A stretch of DNA of 64,000 nucleotides from Octopus sinensis. Lineage: Eukaryota. This document shows, piece by piece, positions 56,832-64,000 of this stretch; positions within the stretch are counted from its first letter, which is position 1, and the number at the start of each line of letters is the position of its first letter. Under the pieces are notes generated by a model that was not told where the DNA came from, ran no database searches, and saw only the letters and a program-made list of their open reading frames with translations. Where the stretch lies: contig NC_043000.1 of assembly GCF_006345805.1 (NCBI RefSeq), forward strand, positions 160,394,001 to 160,458,000, in the 5' to 3' direction. The translations under genes were made by a program, and so were the position numbers.

Positions 56832-57448
56832 AAATTTTATAAGATCTTCACTGAAAATGAAATGCAACCAACGCGTTAACATTAAGAACACTATATCTGT
56901 TGAAGTTTAATTAAGCTTAACATCAACTAACGAATTATATGTATCCCGCTATCTGGATTTTAATTTAAAATCATATTCCAGAGGAATAATTATCTACGGC
57001 TATACATGCTGTGAGCAATTAACTAATGACTTGAATTCATTAAGGGCAATGGAAATCGTCATCCCATTTAAACATTCACTAATGAATACAATCATTCTAT
57101 TAGCCTAGGAATGGGCTGTGGATATTCACGTTTTATTAAAGCTATTTAGAAAATATATGCAGTCAGCTTCAATGTCATATTCGAACATTTCAGAAATTCT
57201 AATCGTGGGGTATATATAAATTCTAATATATGCCTGGAAGGGGTTTTATGTGGTTCATTCCACTGCGAACATCCTCTTTAGTTTCATCGATCTTTCCAAA
57301 TTAGTTACTTTGCACAATGCTTGGAGTTGCATGTATAAGATGAGAGCTTTACGTCATTTGAACAGGTATGCTGCTAGGTAACATGATAAAATAACTTCTA
57401 AAAGACACGGACACGTAATCACCATGTATAGATATGTGTACACACACG

Positions 57449-57503
<55 letters not shown>

Positions 57504-57547
57504 CGTGTTAGTATGTATGCATATATATACCTATTACATACGTATAT

Positions 57548-57842
57548 GTGGAGGCACAATGGCCCAGTGGTTAGGGCAGCGGACTCGCGGTCGTAGGATC
57601 GCGGTTTCATTTCCCAGATCGGGCGATGTGAGTGTTTATTGAGCGAAAACACCTAAAGCTCCACGAGGCTCCGGCAGGGGCTCGTGGCGGTCCCTGCTGT
57701 ACTCTTTCGCCACAACTTTCTCTCACTCTTTCTTCTGTTGGCCTGCTCGCTTTGCCAGCAGGGTGGCGTCATTGTGACCAGCGAAGCGCATTGTGACCAA
57801 CGATGTTTAGCAACATCTGTTAACCTGGTCAGTCACGGTGAT
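57548..57842 (+). mobile_element. tRNA-derived SINE (family E)
   Basis: GTGGAGGCACAATGGCCCAGTGGTTAGGGCAGCGG head, core GTGTTTATTGAGCGAAAACACCTAAAGCTCCACGAGGCTCCGGCAG, tail GCATTGTGACCA.CGATG..TAGCAACATCTG. Confidence 0.88.
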
Positions 57843-57849
57843 ATACGTA

Positions 57850-58450
57850 TATACGTGTTTATTAGGGGGGTGCTTAGGGGTAGTATAATCTATATCTTTA
57901 GAAGGTAGAACGGGGTTATATGGCCCAATATTGTTAGCTGTTTTAGCTCTTGACCTAATGTTATATGTGTGCGAGTGGAGTTCAAGCTGTCTTAATCTAG
58001 GTTCTCCTAGGGTTCTGTATGCATTGTCTGATCTGGTTAGCATGTCGTTGTGATATGACTTGAGATATAAGTGTCTTGAGCCTAGAATTAGTGATGTATT
58101 TTATTTGTTGAGAGAAGCCGCTGGTAGCGAGCGCTTGGTTATAATATGGGGAGTGGTTATTGAATATATCTTCAGTGGATGACAGGTCAGATATACGAAT
58201 CAAGATACCCTAAATTATATAATCAAAGGTCGACTTGTGGTGATTGGAATTAATGTTTAGCTACTTAAGGTACTGGTTGGGTTTGTGATATGGGGATTAA
58301 TGGACGGTTTGTAAATTTAAAGTGACTTCTAAAAAACTTGTGGTTTTGTGAGAATTTTGAAAAGTAATAGGTTGATGTTAGAAAAGAACTTGTGTAGATT
58401 TTTCCTAATTCGGTATGTGCATCCAAAGATGCACTCAACCTTGGTTTCAT
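57850..58450 (-). pseudogene. Penelope-like element RT thumb/linker relic
   Basis: NINSNHHKSTF..ILIRISDLSSTEDIFNNHSPYYNQALATSGFSQQIKY and NNIGPYNPVL match YINxxSNHP..RISxLSS.E.F..A.P.Y..AL..SG and IIWYNPP. Confidence 0.75.
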
Positions 58451-58646
58451 TGGCTCATTTTATTGGACATATACATGCTAACACAAGACTCGCATTAGAC
58501 TCCTCACTTGTATTATTATAGAACCCATTGTCTACGGTCCTCTCGTAGCACTTACATAGCCTTAGCTGCCATCTTTGGTCTTCTGGATACCATTACTTCT
58601 CACATATCTATATGTGTGTGCGTGTGTGAATGTACGTATGTGTGTT

Positions 58647-58712
<66 letters not shown>

Positions 58713-59167
58713 CACACACACACCCACACACACACACATATATAGAAAATACAAGCAGATCAAATACCATACGATATGAATTCATGATTTATAAAGATCA
58801 TCTTCGCCTCTAGAGAGGCAATTAAGACCAAGTCCATTGGAGAAGTGCAATAATTTCAAGAATCAAGAATTTTCAAAGCTGATATGGCATTAAGGAGACA
58901 AGCAGAAGCTCGTTGCCAAGAAGTAAGAGGGTCAGTCGTGTACAAGTAAATGTATAAAAAAAAGAAGGGTAACTGTATCAATTTTCATTCGTGTTGGCGA
59001 TAGAGTTAATGAAGAAAAGGCACGGGGAGAACACTGGAATCAAAGAATTGGGTCGGAAATAAGATGAGATCTAATATGTGGTAGAAAGAAAGGTTACGAA
59101 GTATATATATTCCGAATGTAGTGGGTTAATAATTGTGTGTGTATACACATATAAATATATATATATA

Positions 59168-59221
<54 letters not shown>

Positions 59222-59222
59222 G

Positions 59223-59292
<70 letters not shown>

Positions 59293-59440
59293 ATGAAATG
59301 GATAGATGAATTTTCTTGTTACGGATTATTCAAAAGTTTAACCGATACCTGGGTAGCAAAAATCACAGCAGAGAAAACACGGTTGGAGTTACGACCATAG
59401 GGTGTCGCAACCGTGCGTTAGCGCGGATAATTGAAGTTTA

Positions 59441-59753
<313 letters not shown>

Positions 59754-59766
59754 ATATATATATATA

Positions 59767-60047
59767 TGGAGGCGCAATGGCCTAGTGGTTAGGGCAGCGG
59801 ACTCGCGGTCGCAGGATCGCGGTTTCGATTCCCAGACCGGGCGTTGTGAGTGTTTATTGACCGAAAACACCTAAAAGATCCACGAGGCTCCGGCAGGGGG
59901 TGGTGATCCCTGCTGTACTCTTTCACCACTCTTTCTTCTGTCGGCCTGTTCGCTTAGCCAGCGAGGTGGCGTCATTCGAAGGCTAAAAAAACAATGCGAA
60001 CGCATTGTGACCAGCGATGTGTAACAACATCTGATGGTCTGGTCGGT

Positions 60048-60055
<8 letters not shown>
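59767..60055 (+). mobile_element. Family-E SINE inserted within (TA)n
   Basis: Homologous to 57548-57842. Flanked on both sides by long (TA)n. Confidence 0.9.
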
Positions 60056-60128
<73 letters not shown>

Positions 60129-60201
60129 AAAATAGTAATGCAATACGAAAGTTTTGCTTTCCAGTAAAAGATAACCCGTAAGGGTAAAATTATACAGGTA
60201 T

Positions 60202-60272
60202 ATGCAGCTGATGAAGACAAATCAAATCTACGTCGTCAAACGTATTTGAAGAGTCTGAAACCGGTCCTGCAT
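60202..60272 (+). ncRNA. Type I hammerhead ribozyme (dimer-dependent minimal stem III)
   Basis: ATGCAG-CTGATGA-AGAC[AAATCAAATCTACG...CGTATTTGAAGA]GTCT-GAAAC-CG-GTC-CTGCAT. Stem I 6 bp perfect, stem II 4 bp plus an inner stem, palindrome ACCGGT, GUC triplet. Confidence 0.82.
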
Positions 60273-60412
60273 TATCCGTTGCTAGGTTTTTCATTTTTCA
60301 GATGTTCTTCCTAGAGGCAAGACAATGTTTTTTCATGTTGTTGCACACAGACGTCTTTGCTAGTATATACGCAGTGAAGTAAATATCGGAACTTCGTTGT
60401 ACCATTTATTTA

Positions 60413-60449
<37 letters not shown>

Positions 60450-60711
60450 AAGGAAATGAAGAAAATGCTGACAAATAATTGAAGTAATTTAAGTAATTTA
60501 ATTAGGTGAAAGTTCTTTTTACCGGTTGCGCATTTGTTATGCTTATCAAAATATAAAAGAGAGATTAGAGTTCCTTTCTTATAGAATTTTTCCTATATAT
60601 ATATATATATAATTAATTAAGGGTAGAAATCAATATTTATCAATTAAAACCAGTGGTCTAACATATTAAAAAAAATCCGAAGATTAAATATTTATATATA
60701 CCAATTATATA

Positions 60712-60756
<45 letters not shown>

Positions 60757-60758
<2 letters not shown>

Positions 60759-61085
60759 TTCAGCTCAAGCTGCGGCCATGCTGGGGCGCCACCGTTATGC
60801 TACACTGTTATTATTTGGTGCCTCCTCTGATATGTGGCATTTGGTGAAGAAGTTAGTTTGATCTCGCTGCCCTTATTTGCGCCCACTGCAGCGAGGTAGG
60901 TTCATCAGGGACACTTAACAGGAAGTGATCCAGTGTTGCCTTGAAAACACATACATCCACTTTGTTTATGTCCCTCAGTCTCTTTGGGAGAGTATTCAAA
61001 TGAGCTGTCGGCCCTTACAATCTAGGCGGTTGCAGTAACTGTTCTTGAAACGAGACGGCAGTGTTGAGATCTTTGGCACCGTACA
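60757..61085 (-). mobile_element. 3' end of a CR1/L2-group LINE
   Basis: GPTAHLNTLPKRLRDINKVDVCVFKATLDHFLLSVPDEP matches GPxLFNxLP..LR...FK..LD.FL..PDEP. 3' UTR ends GGTGGCGCCCCAGCATGGCCGCAGCTTGAGCTGAAAT. Confidence 0.75.
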
Positions 61086-61379
61086 GTGTGTCTGTGCGCG
61101 CGCGTGTGTTTGCGTATACTTGTTAGTATATGGCTGTGTGTGTGGGGAGGGGAGCATGTGTGTGTATGTGTGGATGCATATTAAAAAAATTTGTTTGAAA
61201 ACATTCTTGATACACTGAAAATACTTTTAAAAAGATATCTTTAAAATAAAAACATATTAATCATATAAATATATATGGAAGGTAGTTTTAGTGTTGTGTT
61301 TTGGTTGCTTTCATTTTTGAAACATGGTTGCTATGTTTTAATACGTATAGAATTAATAGTTTGTAGCGGTGATGCTGAT

Positions 61380-61600
61380 TATTTCCTATTTAATTTCGAA
61401 TTTAGCTTCACTACACAGCATTCTTCTTTTACATTTTGTATTTAGCCCTTTCCTTCTTTCATTTTCAAAACGGAATATTTCAAATACAGAAAGTAAATCT
61501 CTGGCTTGCTGTATATGCTCTCTAGCGCGATGTGTTAATTTTGATTTTGTCTGGCAGATGTATCTTCTATTGCAATATTGGCATGACATGCTCTCATTGG
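61380..61600 (-). pseudogene. Penelope-like GIY-YIG endonuclease relic
   Basis: SCQYCNRRYICQTKSKLTHRAREH matches C..C...YIGQTxR.L..R..EH. Confidence 0.7.
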
Positions 61601-62649
61601 GATCCTATCTTTTGCTCTTTATTATTTTTTATTTTTTATTATTTTTTTTGTTTTGTTTTGTAGTTAATATTTGCATTAAATTTCTGTTCCTTCCCATTCT
61701 TGAATGTTTTAGTGTAACTTTTCAATGAACTCTCAAGGAAATATCTACATTTTATTATCTATAATTTTTTCTTCTTATGTAAATGTTGCACTTTTTAAGA
61801 GTCTTTTAAGATATGGCGCCTGTCATTAACTATTAATATTTTGAGTTATTTTAAATATCTTTTTGAAATTTGAGAACTGGCTTGGAATTGGAATGCATTG
61901 TTTGGCCGAGGGAAAGTTCCTAAGATCTCTAGGAGTTCATGTGAGTACAAATGGAATGGCTATGCGAAACGAAAAGAGATCATCACTACATGAGAATTTC
62001 CTTCCTTAAGGTGTTTTTCATTAAATTTTCAGGGTTTTCTGAAATATAATGAATAAATTAAGAAAACGTTTCCACAACATGTCAAAACCATTATTTAAGA
62101 GCATAAAACATAAATAAAATATAAAGAAGAATGGGTCAGAAGTGCTGAGAAGAAAAGTAAGGTTGCGTAAGTAAATGTGTGGAGGAGAGTGTAGAAGGCT
62201 TATACGTATAGGTAACAGAAACAAAAGAGAAAAATGAGAAAATATAGAGAAAATATGAAAGGATATATTGTCGGTCAGAATCAGGTGAGTCAAGATAAAT
62301 CATAAATGTAAGTTTGAAAAAAAATAGAGTAGAAAAGTGTGATAATAAAGCATTCTTTAAAAGAAAAACAAATAATAGAGGACTGGCGGGGATAGCTAAC
62401 GATCCCGTTAATACTAGCGCAGATTCACATTTCGGTGAACAAAATGCAGTAAATGAATCCAAGTGTGTAGGAAATAAAAGGGCCGCGAAAAGTAATAAAC
62501 GAACTGATGTCTCTCTTTCAACAACTCTTGTCTTTAAACAATAACACCTATTTACATATGTTTAGCTATCTCTTGCAAAGCAACCAACTCCCGTATTTCA
62601 ATTCATGTTTTTTTTTAATTCCACGCACTTAAATTTACTTTAAATTCGA

Positions 62650-63030
62650 AAGCAGGATGTCTTTTCATCAGTCCATATTGTAACAATTGGCACCGGTCTT
62701 CCTAGCTACCAAATCTTTTAGCACAGTTGAACATTTCGATCCTATTATCTTATGAAATCAATAGATTCATTCTGCTAACTCATCGCTCATATATGAAGCC
62801 TCTACTAGTGCTCTTACTCAGTATGGCGTAAGCGTAGTATTAAACAGTATTTTATGGATCCATAGGATTTGCAACCTTTTTTAATATTTAAAATTTGATA
62901 TCGATATCTTTTCTTTGACTTCTCCGAAATTTTATCCAGCCTCATAGATCTCTTCTTCGTTAGGACCTCTCTTTCCTCTTTACACCACTTAACATTTTTA
63001 TTCGTTGTTTTATTCTTCATACAGAAGGAA
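62650..63030 (-). pseudogene. Tc1/mariner (maT-like, tentative) relic
   Basis: KRSMRLDKISEKSK...KKGCKSY and TIWTDEK resemble RSMRK.A.E...DLGLKSY and IWTDEK. Confidence 0.4.
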
Positions 63031-63326
63031 TGGACTATTTATAGATTGGTCTTACTTTATTGATACTTGCCTGCATAGAAATACTTAACAGAAGTTTTAC
63101 CAGGGATTTTTATTGCATTGTATCATGAAATAAAGTTTTAATATATTTAAAAATACAACTAAAAATCATATAGTTACATGTAAAGACTTGAAAACATCTA
63201 ATTAGAATGAAAGACAAACGTCAATAGGTCGTTAAAATCTTTTCGAAAGATACTGTATGTATGTACATACATGTACGTATACACACACACACACGCACAC
63301 ACACACACATACACACACACACACAT

Positions 63327-63358
<32 letters not shown>

Positions 63359-63495
63359 GTATATATATATGCACACACATATGTACTTGTCTATCTGGAG
63401 ATGTATGTACAAGTTTGTTTAGATACAAATATTATGTATGTATAACTGTGTATGTATGTGTATGTGTGCATTATATCTGAATATATATATATGTA

Positions 63496-63542
<47 letters not shown>

Positions 63543-64000
63543 TGCTTACATATGTACATACATTCCAATCCATATATAAATAATATTAATTGCTCAGTTG
63601 TTGGGTATCGCGTATATTTATCACTTCAGGAAGAATTTCTATTGAATTTATTTCAGAATTCTTATGTTTGCTTTGAGTATATCAGAGTAGCATTTCCTTT
63701 CTCAATAACATCAATAAAAAACATGCAAACCGCTGGGATAAATGTTTTCAGAGTATGAAATGGTAGTTTATAGATGAATAAATTGATTTGTTTGCTCGTT
63801 CTGCAAATATTTATGCATTATTTCTACATGAAACTGCAGGATATATGCTGAAATCAACGGTGTATTATTCTCTGTCATAAATTGTGTAATATGTGTATTT
63901 ATTCGAACTACATCCACAGTTTCTGTCGTAAAATCACTGTAACAATCAGAAAATTTTATACATACAAAGCCTCTATGATATTCATCTGATAAAATGTAGG

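Noticed and set aside
62645-62680. CTGATGA-AAAG...CTTT-CGAAT on the minus strand
   Set aside because: Better explained as the WTDEK codons of a transposase relic. The 3' core is wrong. CTGANGA hits at about 55385, 58170 and 60905 are likewise coding sequence of retroelements.

Overview
AT-rich animal genomic DNA with no recognisable host protein-coding gene. The mix of tRNA-derived SINE families and (TA)n/(CA)n microsatellites fits an octopus or other coleoid cephalopod best (inference). Almost all ORFs in the supplied track are microsatellite translations or transposon fragments. Supported content: several tRNA-derived SINE families, some in head-to-tail arrays; Dong/R4-type restriction-endonuclease LINEs sitting in (TAA)n tracts; a CR1/L2-like LINE 3' end; Penelope-like (PLE) RT and GIY-YIG relics; many Tc1/mariner relics, one near full length with TIRs; a Chapaev3-like transposase relic; and a non-autonomous Helitron. 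The main result not visible in the ORF track is five type I hammerhead ribozyme motifs in four unrelated sequence contexts (12814-12877 -, 19590-19639 -, 23306-23356 +, 23709-23792 -, 60202-60272 +), all near (TA)n tracts. There are also several fold-backs: a 79-bp near-perfect hairpin, ~650-bp inverted arms each carrying a hammerhead, and 63-bp inverted termini. TE family names come from recalled protein and nucleotide motifs, not database searches. Boundaries of decayed elements are approximate.
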